This document shows positions 30,072 through 40,010 of a stretch of 64,000 nt of DNA, in pieces. The notes under the pieces are model-generated. The model made no database searches. It was not told the DNA's origin and saw only the letters and a list, made by a program, of their open reading frames with translations. The translations under genes were made by a program, and so were the position numbers. The stretch's first letter is position 1. Every line of letters begins with the position of its first letter. Origin of the DNA: Candidatus Methanomethylophilaceae archaeon (GTDB taxonomy: Archaea > Thermoplasmatota > Thermoplasmata > Methanomassiliicoccales > Methanomethylophilaceae); assembly GCA_944320495.1 (NCBI GenBank), contig CALUHR010000008.1:1-64000 (forward strand), read 5' to 3'.

Positions 30072-32975
30072 TCGCCGGTCCCTGGCGATCCTCTCCGCCG
30101 CTACCGCGTCCAGCTCCTTCTGGGACATCGGCTCGATCTCGACGGTCCTTCCCTGGGACACGTAGTCGATGAAACATCTCACCGGCAGGCCCGTATAGAA
30201 TCCGGCTGCGGCCAGAGCGTAAGCGGACAGCTGGATCACGTACTCCCTCTGGAAGCGGTCGGTCTCGTCGGTCTTGTAGTCGTGCACCTCGATGCGGTCC
30301 TCGAACACCAGCAGGAGGTCGATGACGCCCTTCAGGACGGTGGTCCCGCCGATTATGGGGACCGTGCACTCAATCTCCGAATACGACCTGATGAAGCCGT
30401 CCATCCCCCTCCTCGACAGCACATCCGATGCTATGTATTCGGACTCGGGGAATCTGCCGGAAGGGGACATGCCCAGCTCCATGAGGTGCGCCTCTTCGTG
30501 GACGTCGGTGCCGTACTTCCTGCCCTTGTGGCATACCTCGTCAGGCTCCTCGGCCATTCCGCCCAGGCCGTCCTCGGACTCGATGTCCATGATGCCGTGG
30601 ACCCCGATGGTGGGGGTCCGGGTGCGATATCCGCCGATCTCCGGAGGATCGATCAGGCCCTGCTCCGCCGCTAGGTCCGGCAGCTCCGCCTGCGGGATGC
30701 TCTGGAACCCGCCGTTCGGAAGGTCCTTCATGAAGTAGGAGGGCTTGGGTCCGCAGATGAGGGTCTCGTACTGCTTCGCCCTCGACATGGCGACGAACAT
30801 GAGCCGGCGTTCCTCGTCGTATCTCGTCTGCTTCGCGATGTCGACGAGCTTGGTCCTCCAGGACCTGCAGATCTTCGAGTAGCCGGCGAATCTCCCGACT
30901 GTCTTCGAGCATCTGATCCCCGTCGGGTCCGAGAACGAGAACATGGATCTCTCCCGGTCGGAGACGGGCATCGCCTTGATGTCGACGAAGGGTATGATGA
31001 CGGCCGGGAACTCCAGCCCCTTCGACTTGTGCATCGTCATCACGATGACCGCGTCGGCGCCGGAAACCATCTCGACGGGATAGGAGGTCTCTGACTCGAT
31101 ATCCTCTTCGATGATGGTCACGAGGTCCGAGATTGTCAGCAGGGAGTTCCGGTGGGCCGTCGACAGTATCGTGGTGATGGCCTGCGTGACATCATTGTCA
31201 AGACCGTACCATCCGAATATCGAGGAGATGAGGTCGGTGATCCTGCGGCGCTTCCTCTCCAGGACCCGGCGCTGGTCGACTATCTCGGTGGGAACCGCAG
31301 CCTGGTCGTCCGTGGCCCTCTTGATGTCTATCATAGAGTAGCCCAGGTCGGCCATGATCGGGACTAGGCCCCACTTGTCGTTCCTGTTGGCGAGATAGCG
31401 CAGCCATGCCAGGGCGAGCTTCCCCTCGCGGGTGGCCATGACCTCCACATCCCCCTGAAGGAAGGCAGGTATCCCCTCGTCTGTCAGCAACTTGACGATG
31501 TTCCTGCATCCGGCCCCGTTGCGGCAGAGGATCGCGATGTCGCCGAGCCTGATCGGTCTGCGGACCCCGTCATCGACGACGTGGTACCTCTCCGAGCCGA
31601 CATAGTCGCGTATGGCGTCAGCCACGGCCTCCATCTCCTCTCCCTTGGATGCGCACTGCACGTATCTGACGGCGGTGTCCTGTCCGATCTCCTCCTGGCG
31701 CTGGGCGGTCAGGCGGACAAGTGTCCCTTCGATCGCATCGTAGTCCAGCTTCTCCTCGCTGGCGCCTCTGAGCTTCAGGCACTCGAACGCCGTGTCCACG
31801 ATGAGCTGGGACGAACGGTAGTTCACGTCGAGCGGCAACTTGAGTGCCTCAGGGATCTGGAATCTGACGAGCTCCGCGTCCCGGTTGAGCTTCCTGCGGA
31901 GCAGGCGGCAGCGTTCCTCGAAGTCGGTGATGTTCTCGATGGACACGAACCTGAATCCGTAGATCCCCTGCTTCCAGTCCCCTACGACGCAGAGGTTGGG
32001 CTCGCTGAGGACCATGAGGGCCATCATGAGCTGTGAGGCGTTGGTGTCCTGGAATTCATCGATCATGACGTACCTGTAGGAGTTCATCTGCCTGACGCGC
32101 GTGTTTCCGTATATGATGGAGAACGCGAGCATGGCGTTGACCCCGAAGGTCAGGCGGTCGTCCCTGATGCATCTGCGGATGTACTCCCAGTAGACGTCGT
32201 GGATGAAGAGGATGAGGTCCGAGCGGTCCTCGTTCACCGCGGAAACTAGGACGGAATCCTCGACGGTGGACTCGCCTATCCTGGCGGGGAGCGGGTCGTA
32301 CTCGTTGACATCCAGATCCTTGGAGAACGCCTTCAGGACGTCGGACTTCCTCTGCTTGGGCCTCAGCTCGTTCATGTCGCGGAGCGTGGCGAGCAGCCCG
32401 GCGGTGTCGCCATCCAGCACATTGTCCTCGTTGCCGAACCATCCGCCCTTGGTGGGGTAGATCCCGCGGGACATCAGGCGGTTGATGAGCTCGTAGACAT
32501 CCCTCTGGTTCTGGCTGGATATGGTCGCCCATTCCCCGTAGTCCTCGCCGCGGGCCTCCAGGAAGGAGTCCAGGAATGTGGAGAAGTGCACCCTGTTCAG
32601 GGTCTCGTTCTCCTCCATCCTCACGGAATGGGAGAGCTTGTCGTCGATTCCGAAAAGGGAACCGGCGTTCTCCGGGGATTCCATCACTATCGATGTGCAG
32701 AACGCATCGAACGTCTTCACCTGGACGAGCTTGGAATCCTCCATCATGCCGTTGGCGGCCATCTCGCCCTTGATGCGCTCCTCCATCTCGTTGGCGGCGT
32801 TGCGTGTGAATGTCAGCATGAGGACGTCCATCGGCCCGACATCCTCTCTGGACACGAGGTTCAGGTACCTCCTGACGATGGTGTGCGTCTTCCCCGTGCC
32901 GGGTCCGGCGTCGACGACCATCATGCCGTCGAGGGTTTCGGCTATGCGTCTCTGCGACTCGTTTAGCTCACTCAT
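30072..32975 (-). CDS. UvrD/AddA-like helicase-nuclease, ends at CGA
   Basis: DAGPGTGKT, IDEFQDTN, VGDWKQGIY.FR, NYRS, TMHKSKGLEF, FVAMSRAK; C-terminal GVIDL..HDYKT nuclease; CGA 30072-30074; ORF track runs to 28701. Confidence 0.9.
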
Positions 32976-35631
32976 CGGCATCATCCTCCCCGTCGGCGGA
33001 GGCACCGAGGAGTATGGCCCGGGTGCACACCTGGAAGTATGGGCATTTGCGGCATCTCACGTTCCCGTTGGGGGCGGCCGGCAGGGATGTCGCCATCTGC
33101 ATGAGCATGGTCTCGTGCATCCTGTCCAGCGCATCGAGGAAGAGCTTCAGGCTACCTCTCGGGACGAGAATGCGCCCGTCGGCGATCACCATCCCGCCGA
33201 TGCAGATGCCCTCGAACTTGCCCAGGACTGTGGCCGCCTCCGAATCATCAGCATCCGGTCCCATGGCCTCGCGTGTGAGGGCGATGAGCTCCGGATTGTC
33301 CTTCCATTCGGAGGGGAGTCCCCTGATGTGGTCCCTTATCGCGGCTATGATCGCATCGGCGCGGTCCTTGTAGTCCTTCTTAATGCTGGCGCGCAGGGCA
33401 TCCACCGTGCGCTTGTCCGAGAGGAATGAGCGGAAGTCCCCGTCCACCAGTTCTATGGTACGGACACTGTCCATTATGTCGTATCCGTCGAAGGAGGACT
33501 CCACATCCCTGTCCATGGCGTAGAACTGGCGGAACACGTTCCTGGTCCCCACAATCTCCTTCGCCAGCCCCAGATAGATCAGCGGCTGGTACTCGGGATA
33601 GAAGGCCACCTTGCCGACGTCCATTGCCTTCGTGATCTCGCTCGGCTTCTTGGCCCTCCCGGTCTTGTAATCGGTGATGACGCCGTCCCAGTAGACGTCG
33701 AAGATCCCGTGCATCGGATGGACGTTGGAGCGATGGTCGGTCTCGCAGGAATCGCTGGTTCTGTCCTCGCCGATGGAGCGGATGAAGCGGTTGTCCCTCT
33801 TGTCCGTGAGAGGCGTGTCCGCATCGGCAAGGATCCCCACGGTGTCGATGTAGGCCATGACGTTGCACATGGCCCTGCGTATCCTGTCCCTGTCGAGCCC
33901 CTCCATAAGGGGCGTGGACAGTCCGGCGTAGCGGTCGGAGATCATGTCGACGAACTCGTCCACACCGCGTTCGCGGACCTCCCGCCCGTAGCAGGCGTAG
34001 AGCTCGGCGAACTCGTGGATGAGGTTCCCGAACTCCGTGTATGTCTCCTCGGGGGTCGGGAGTATCTCGTTGAACAGGTAGCGGCGGGGGCAGGCGGCGT
34101 AGGCGTTGAAGGACGATTTCGAGAACGGACGTCCGAACTCCCCGACGGGATCGACGGTGGCGTAGCCCCTGTCCGGTATCCTCTCCGCGGTCGGTTCCTC
34201 CCATCTGCCCTGAATTATCCTATCGCAGATGTCGGAGAACCTCTCGCATCTCTTCCCCAGAGCGAGGTCGAATGTGAGGCATGGTCTCGCGGGCTTGCCG
34301 TTCTTGCTCGGATTGACGAGGTAGATTCTGCGCTGACCCTGCTGGAGGAGGACCGTCAGGCGCAGGGCGTTGCGCTCCGCCTCGGTCTCGGAGTCGATGT
34401 ACTTCCTCCCCACTACGGGGATGTTCCATTCCTGCTCCATGCCGAGGAATATGACCACGGGCCTGTCGACGAAGACGGAGTTCCGGCAGTCGGCCAGGAG
34501 GACGCCCTTCTTCTCTGAATCTGGGATCTGCTCGTTGTGCTCGAGGCTCTGGACATTGTCCACAGCGAACCGCAGCTCTGAGACGCGGTCCGGTGTGACT
34601 GTGAGGCCTTCCATGCCGAGTTCCTGGAGAAGCATCGTTATGAGAGGCCGGTTCTTCGATTCGAACAGAACGTCGCGGACCTCGCCGAAGGTCATCCCCT
34701 TCTCGACGATGCGCCACATAGTGTCCTTGAGGTCGGCGGTCCTCTCGCCGAGGGAGTCTTCGGCCTGCTTCTCCAAGAGGAACGATTCGATCCCGCTGCG
34801 GAAGCTCCCGCCGAAGGTGGAGAACATCTCCTTCACCTCCCTCACCCTCACGGTCCTGTAGCGGAAAGCCAGACCGAGGAAGCCGAGGAAGTCGCGAACG
34901 CGATTGAGGTCCCTCATATTGAGGCTGTTGATGAATCCTATCTCGCGGCGGTAGAGGGCCGCGCGCACGGCGTCAGCGATGGGAGCGGTGGCGTTCAGGA
35001 CGATGGCGTAATCCTCCGCCCTGGCGGGATCGATGAGCCCGGCGGCGTTCTCCGCTAGCTGGCGGTCGTTCCCGACCTCGTTGATGGTCTCGATGCGGAA
35101 CTCGTCGTCGGTGAACATGTCGATGTCATCGAAGTCCATCGGGAGGAAGTGTTTGTCCAGATCATCGAAGAGGTCGACCCCGATGACGGCGACGCCGTCC
35201 GCCCTCTGGAAGAACCATTCGAAGCGGGGGTCGTCGGGGTCGAACACGCCCATCGAGGCCTCGAGGGTCGGGTGATGGATGTAGGATTCGTAGATGAGAC
35301 GGGAGTTCCTGGTGGTTATGTAGTCGCCGACGTCCTTCGTGTGGCGGCGGATCTCCCTGAAGTTCTGGATGTCGCCATAGACGTGCCTGAAGCTCAGCTG
35401 GGTCTCATCGGAGACCTTGGATATGAGCTCGAGATCGGACAGGAACGGCTTCCCAAGGGCGAGAGGTCCGAGGAGCAGGGCGATGTGCCTGGGCGTCATG
35501 GCCAGGGGGCCGATGCGTGGCGTGTCTATCCTCGCGTTCAGAGCGGTCTCCAACGGCGCGTCATTCGTTATGACGAGTCCGTAGTCTCTGACCTCCTCGT
35601 ACAGTTCGTCGATGGTCTTGAGTCTCCTCAT
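32968..35631 (-). CDS. AddB-like PD-(D/E)XK nuclease partner
   Basis: SKSSFNAYAACPRRY, FGNLIH, HGIFD..DYKTG, C-terminal CRKCPYFQVC; ATGAGTGA overlap with the helicase. Confidence 0.85.
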   Translation of the reverse strand: MRRLKTIDELYEEVRDYGLVITNDAPLETALNARIDTPRIGPLAMTPRHIALLLGPLALGKPFLSDLELISKVSDETQLSFRHVYGDIQNFREIRRHTKDVGDYITTRNSRLIYESYIHHPTLEASMGVFDPDDPRFEWFFQRADGVAVIGVDLFDDLDKHFLPMDFDDIDMFTDDEFRIETINEVGNDRQLAENAAGLIDPARAEDYAIVLNATAPIADAVRAALYRREIGFINSLNMRDLNRVRDFLGFLGLAFRYRTVRVREVKEMFSTFGGSFRSGIESFLLEKQAEDSLGERTADLKDTMWRIVEKGMTFGEVRDVLFESKNRPLITMLLQELGMEGLTVTPDRVSELRFAVDNVQSLEHNEQIPDSEKKGVLLADCRNSVFVDRPVVIFLGMEQEWNIPVVGRKYIDSETEAERNALRLTVLLQQGQRRIYLVNPSKNGKPARPCLTFDLALGKRCERFSDICDRIIQGRWEEPTAERIPDRGYATVDPVGEFGRPFSKSSFNAYAACPRRYLFNEILPTPEETYTEFGNLIHEFAELYACYGREVRERGVDEFVDMISDRYAGLSTPLMEGLDRDRIRRAMCNVMAYIDTVGILADADTPLTDKRDNRFIRSIGEDRTSDSCETDHRSNVHPMHGIFDVYWDGVITDYKTGRAKKPSEITKAMDVGKVAFYPEYQPLIYLGLAKEIVGTRNVFRQFYAMDRDVESSFDGYDIMDSVRTIELVDGDFRSFLSDKRTVDALRASIKKDYKDRADAIIAAIRDHIRGLPSEWKDNPELIALTREAMGPDADDSEAATVLGKFEGICIGGMVIADGRILVPRGSLKLFLDALDRMHETMLMQMATSLPAAPNGNVRCRKCPYFQVCTRAILLGASADGEDDADE

Positions 35632-35733
35632 CGTCCCTTCCCTCTTCACGGACATATCCGCAGGAGGTTTATGAACTGCTGGCTGTTATCCGTATAGTCC
35701 CTGTTATTCAGGACACGTTGGGAGGGTGCTGAA

Positions 35734-36285
35734 ATGGATGACGTGTACGTGGTCGAGGTCGCCGTGACGGGTCCCAGGGGTGCTCCGAAGGACCGCGTGG
35801 CGGAGGTGGCGGTATGCAGGGTCCTCTCGGACGGCTCGGACTTCGAGACCGTGTACAACGATGCGGTGGCCCTGGACCCCCTGGATCTGGGGAAGGGACC
35901 TCTGGATTACATGGAGGCGAACTACAGCATAACGCCCGAGGACCTCTATGCCGGGAGCCCGGAAGGACGCGTGGTGTCTGACCTCCAGGAAGCGATTTTC
36001 GGGAAGGAGTGCACATCATACAACGTGGGGAACGTGTTCGGCAAGCACCTCAGCTTCGAGCCCTGGGACGCCACCAGGAACCTCACGCTCCTCCCATCTC
36101 TCTCTGTGAGGCTCCCCGGCGATCTGCGCGGACCGCCAGAGCAGGAGCACATCCTCATCAGGCGTGCGTACGACTCCATCTGCCCCGGGGACCCGGCCGG
36201 TGTCGGTGAAGGGAACCACGCGATAGACCTTGCGCAGATGGCGGCTTCGGTCGCCTCCGTCTTGCGTAGGGAGGGCATCTTCCGA
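35734..36285 (+). CDS. Degenerate DEDD-exonuclease paralog, ends at CGA
   Basis: Aligns by eye to the 26801 gene (GAPKD.V....CRV, SYN...FGK.L..EPWD) but lacks the acidic catalytic residues; ORF track to 36354. Confidence 0.7.
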
Positions 36286-36376
36286 CAATGTTTCAACACT
36301 CGATATTTTGTAGGTTGTCTATACAAATCAGGATCTTCCACTTCAAAACTATAATTTTTTCCAAGATACCTGGTGT

Positions 36377-36802
36377 TCAAAACGGACCTACGCCATGAAA
36401 CCTGAACACCATGTCGTCCAGGGATGCGAGTGCCAGGCATCCCAGGAAGAGCAGGACGTACATTATCCAGCAGGGTACCGCGAAAACTATCGTGAAGATG
36501 CCGAACGTTAGGAAGACGGCGGCCACGAAGAACAGTAGACCCAGGAGCAGGGCGATGTAGCCCCTCTTCTGTCTCGGGTTCCTGTAGATGAGGCCCAAGC
36601 CGAGGAGACCGACGAACGCCGGGATGACCGACAGGAGTATTGCGACCTTGCGGCTTCCGCTCCTCCTCTGCCTCTTCTGGTATCCTCCGGACCTGTCGCG
36701 GACCGGCTCCGGCTCGACGGGGATCTTCTTATAGCATTTGGGGCAGGTCACGCTGTTGGATGGTACCAGCTCGCCGCAGTACGGACAGCGCCTGTCGGCC
36801 AT
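36377..36802 (-). CDS. Zinc-ribbon membrane protein
   Basis: CPYC..CPKC then 3 TM with GLLGLG. Confidence 0.75.
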   Translation of the reverse strand: MADRRCPYCGELVPSNSVTCPKCYKKIPVEPEPVRDRSGGYQKRQRRSGSRKVAILLSVIPAFVGLLGLGLIYRNPRQKRGYIALLLGLLFFVAAVFLTFGIFTIVFAVPCWIMYVLLFLGCLALASLDDMVFRFHGVGPF

Positions 36803-36803
36803 G

Positions 36804-37235
36804 TTACTCACCCTTCAGGACGAACGAGGTGCATACGGCCGATGCGATAAGCTTTCCCTCCTCGCTATAGGCGCGCACGTCGTAGACCTCCAGGGACCTG
36901 GAGCGGTTGATCGGGACGCAGACCGCCCTCAGTCTTCCAGACGCGGGGCGGTAGTAGGAGATGTGGGTGTTCTGTCCGGTGCACGGATGATGCATGTTGC
37001 ATGCGATGGCGAAGGTATGATCGATCAGCCCGTACACGGCGCCCCCGTGACCCCTGGCCATGCTGTTCATGAGCTCGGGCCTGATCTCGAGGGAGCACTC
37101 TACGCGATCCGACTCGATAGATTCGATCTCGATGCCGAGGAGTCTGGCGAAGGGAGCACCGTACATGTCCATCACGGCATCTATGCACTGCCTGGTATCC
37201 TCGGACATTCTCACGAGGATCTCGTCCCTGTCCAT
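36804..37235 (-). CDS. PaaI-family thioesterase
   Basis: N....GHGGAVYGLID hotdog-fold motif. Confidence 0.88.
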   Translation of the reverse strand: MDRDEILVRMSEDTRQCIDAVMDMYGAPFARLLGIEIESIESDRVECSLEIRPELMNSMARGHGGAVYGLIDHTFAIACNMHHPCTGQNTHISYYRPASGRLRAVCVPINRSRSLEVYDVRAYSEEGKLIASAVCTSFVLKGE

Positions 37236-37370
37236 GCCGCACCGTAGGGGGATCAGGGCTTAACGGTTGCCACCAGTCGTTCGGGGATGCTGGGATGATG
37301 AGGTCACATATCGGCCGTCCCTCACACAGGGATGGGAGAATGTATAATCGGAGGACGCTTGGGGGTGGCC

Positions 37371-38912
37371 ATGGAGGAGCCCCTCACTGTCACTCAGCTT
37401 AACACGAGAGTCAGGGCCCTGCTCTCCTCGACCCCCGATGTCAGGGACATCTGGGTCAGCGGGGAGATATCCAACCTCACACGCGCATCCTCCGGCCATT
37501 ACTACTTCGTCCTCAAGGACGCGACGGGGGAGGTGCGCTGCGCCCTCTTCGCCCGCGCGAGGTCGAGGGTCGACTTCGAGCCCAGGGAGAACATGAAGGT
37601 CCTCGCCTTCGGAAGCGCCGACCTGTACATCCAGAGGGGTAGCTACCAGTTCATCGTCGAGAACATGCGCCGCTCCGGCATCGGGGAGCTCTACCAGGCG
37701 TATGTGGAGCTGAAGAACAGGCTGGAGGGGGAGGGGCTGTTCGACCCGGCGAGGAAGAAGACCCTTCCGAAGTATCCGAGGAGGATCGGGGTGGTCACCT
37801 CGGAGACGGGGGCGGTCATCCATGATATCATAACGACGTCGGCGAGCAGGTTCCCGGCGGACATCATCCTGGCGCCCGCTCAGGTGCAGGGCGAGGGGGC
37901 TGCAGCCACCATCGTTTCCGGGATCAGGCTCCTGGACCGCTTCGGGGTGGACGTCATCATAGTCGGCAGGGGAGGCGGGTCCCTTGAGGATCTCTGGCCA
38001 TTCAACGAGGAATCGGTCGCCCGCGCGATATTCGAATGCTCCACCCCGATCGTATCCGCCGTCGGACACGAGACCGACTTCACCATCGCCGACTTCGTGG
38101 CGGACGTCCGCGCACCGACACCGACTGGTGCCGCGGCGATAATCCTCCGCGACAGAGCTGAGATACGCTCCCAGCTCAACAGGGACATGGCCAACGCCGA
38201 GAGGGCTCTCCGCTCGGTCCTGGACAGGATGAGGGCGTCCTTCGACGTCCTGGACGCAAGGCTCTCGCCCGAGAGGGCCTCCCGCGACCTCGATCTTAAG
38301 GGCATGTCCCTCGACGACTGGTGGGGGAGGGTGGACCGCTCCGTGAGGTCCGGCCTCTCCGAGAGGGAGCACCGGCTCGCCCTGCTCTCCGCCCGCGTAT
38401 CGGTAGCCGGCGCCTCCCAGGACATCGATTCCCGCAGGAGGGCGTTGGACGACATCGTCGAGAGGATCCGCAGAGCGGTGGCCGACGGGATGGCGAAGCG
38501 CGCGAGCGGTCTCGCCGTCCTAGATGCGAGGGTGTCGCCCGTGGCAGCTGTCAGGGACATTGAGAGCCGCAGGACCCGCCTGGAGGCAACATACGGCCGC
38601 GCATCTCCCGTGGACGCGGCCAGGGACCTGAGGGACCACAGGGCGAGGCTGGATTCGCTGTTCGCGAGAGCCTCTTCCGCATCGCTCGAGACCTACAGAT
38701 CATCATCATCGAGGCTCGAATCCGCATCCGCGGGCCTCGCATCGCTCAACCCCACGAGGGTCATGGAACGCGGATACGGGATAATCCTCAGACCGGACGG
38801 TCAGGTCCTGACATCGGTGTCGGACATGCTCGTCGGCGAGAAGATCGACATACGTCTGAGGGACGGTACCGCCAGGGCGGCGGTCAGAGAGATAACGGAG
38901 GACAGGGAATGA
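37371..38912 (+). CDS. xseA: Exodeoxyribonuclease VII large subunit
   Basis: WVSGEISN..ASSGHYYF.LKD, IGVVTS.TGAVIHD, GRGGGS.EDLWPFN, SAVGHETD, APTPTGAA, LNP..VMERGY. Confidence 0.95.
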   Translation: MEEPLTVTQLNTRVRALLSSTPDVRDIWVSGEISNLTRASSGHYYFVLKDATGEVRCALFARARSRVDFEPRENMKVLAFGSADLYIQRGSYQFIVENMRRSGIGELYQAYVELKNRLEGEGLFDPARKKTLPKYPRRIGVVTSETGAVIHDIITTSASRFPADIILAPAQVQGEGAAATIVSGIRLLDRFGVDVIIVGRGGGSLEDLWPFNEESVARAIFECSTPIVSAVGHETDFTIADFVADVRAPTPTGAAAIILRDRAEIRSQLNRDMANAERALRSVLDRMRASFDVLDARLSPERASRDLDLKGMSLDDWWGRVDRSVRSGLSEREHRLALLSARVSVAGASQDIDSRRRALDDIVERIRRAVADGMAKRASGLAVLDARVSPVAAVRDIESRRTRLEATYGRASPVDAARDLRDHRARLDSLFARASSASLETYRSSSSRLESASAGLASLNPTRVMERGYGIILRPDGQVLTSVSDMLVGEKIDIRLRDGTARAAVREITEDRE

Positions 38913-39160
38913 CGGACATGGAGCAGTACAGGGCCGAGGTCGCAGAGATGACCTTCGAGAAGAGCATGGAGGAGCTGGAGAGGCTCGTCGATGAGCTCGA
39001 GCAGGGAGGCGTCGACCTCGACAGGAGCCTGGAGATCTACGAGAGGGCGGTGGTCCTGAGGGACCACTGCAGGGCCATCCTCGATGACGGCCAGCGCCGT
39101 ATCCAGAAGATCATGGAGACAGCCGACGGCGTCAGGACAGAGGACCTCAGGGTTGAGTGA
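38909..39160 (+). CDS. xseB: Exodeoxyribonuclease VII small subunit
   Basis: FEKSMEELE.LV..LE.G...LD.SL..YERA..L...C. Confidence 0.92.
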   Translation: MTDMEQYRAEVAEMTFEKSMEELERLVDELEQGGVDLDRSLEIYERAVVLRDHCRAILDDGQRRIQKIMETADGVRTEDLRVE

Positions 39161-40010
39161 GCCTCCAGAGCGGGATTCCCGCCTCGTCGGCCCATTCGGT
39201 GGTGTCCGCGTAGAGCCTGGTGGAGCGGAAGCACTCGTCAGAGAACGCCAGTCTGAGGGCGCCGCCGAGGGACCCCTCGTCCAGCCCGGACGCGTTGAAC
39301 CCTCCGAATGAGCGCTTCAGGCCGATAAGCAGTATGGAGATCGTGTCGTGACCGCGTGCGGCCTCCCACATGTCGTCGAGCTGCTCGGCCTCGTCGTTGA
39401 GGATCCTAAGGAGCTCCTTCCTGCCGATCCTGGCCGAGCGGGAGTTGTCCAGCACCTCGGACACCATCTGGCGGGCGTCGAGGGCCATGCTGGCAGGGTT
39501 GATGAAGCGGTTGAAAGTGAGATTCTTGAAGCTCAGGTTGAGCCCCCTCTCCTGCGATATGAACATCAACAGGCCGATCGGATAGCTGGACGAAACCAGC
39601 GCATCCCTTATCGGGCCGAACCTCTCCTCGAAGCGGTCCACCTTCTCCGGGTCGCCATACTCGCTTATGACGTCATCCAGGGCGTTGCTCCTGATCGCCA
39701 TCATCTCCATGTCGCGGCAGTCGGTGTGGAAGAGTGGGGGCCTGGCGTGGCGACCGCGGAGGCGCTCCAGGTCGGGGTCCATGATCCCGAGCGTCTTCCG
39801 GTCCCTCCTGCGACCGGACATCTCCTTCACAACGCCACGGACGTTGTCCTTGGAGTGCGCGATCACGATGCTGACCTCGCCGCGGTCGACGAATTTGCCG
39901 AAAAGCCTGCTGTCGGTTATGCCCTCGACGATCAGGAACGCACCGTCGAACACGGTGCGCTCCATGCTGAGCTCGTTGCAGATGTCCTCGGTCGTCAGGA
40001 ACTCGCGCAT
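39147..40010 (-). CDS. DUF4435 / TOPRIM-like protein (AriB-like)
   Basis: FLIVEGITD, IMDPD, HTDCRDME, RGHD. Confidence 0.75.
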   Translation of the reverse strand: MREFLTTEDICNELSMERTVFDGAFLIVEGITDSRLFGKFVDRGEVSIVIAHSKDNVRGVVKEMSGRRRDRKTLGIMDPDLERLRGRHARPPLFHTDCRDMEMMAIRSNALDDVISEYGDPEKVDRFEERFGPIRDALVSSSYPIGLLMFISQERGLNLSFKNLTFNRFINPASMALDARQMVSEVLDNSRSARIGRKELLRILNDEAEQLDDMWEAARGHDTISILLIGLKRSFGGFNASGLDEGSLGGALRLAFSDECFRSTRLYADTTEWADEAGIPLWRLTQP

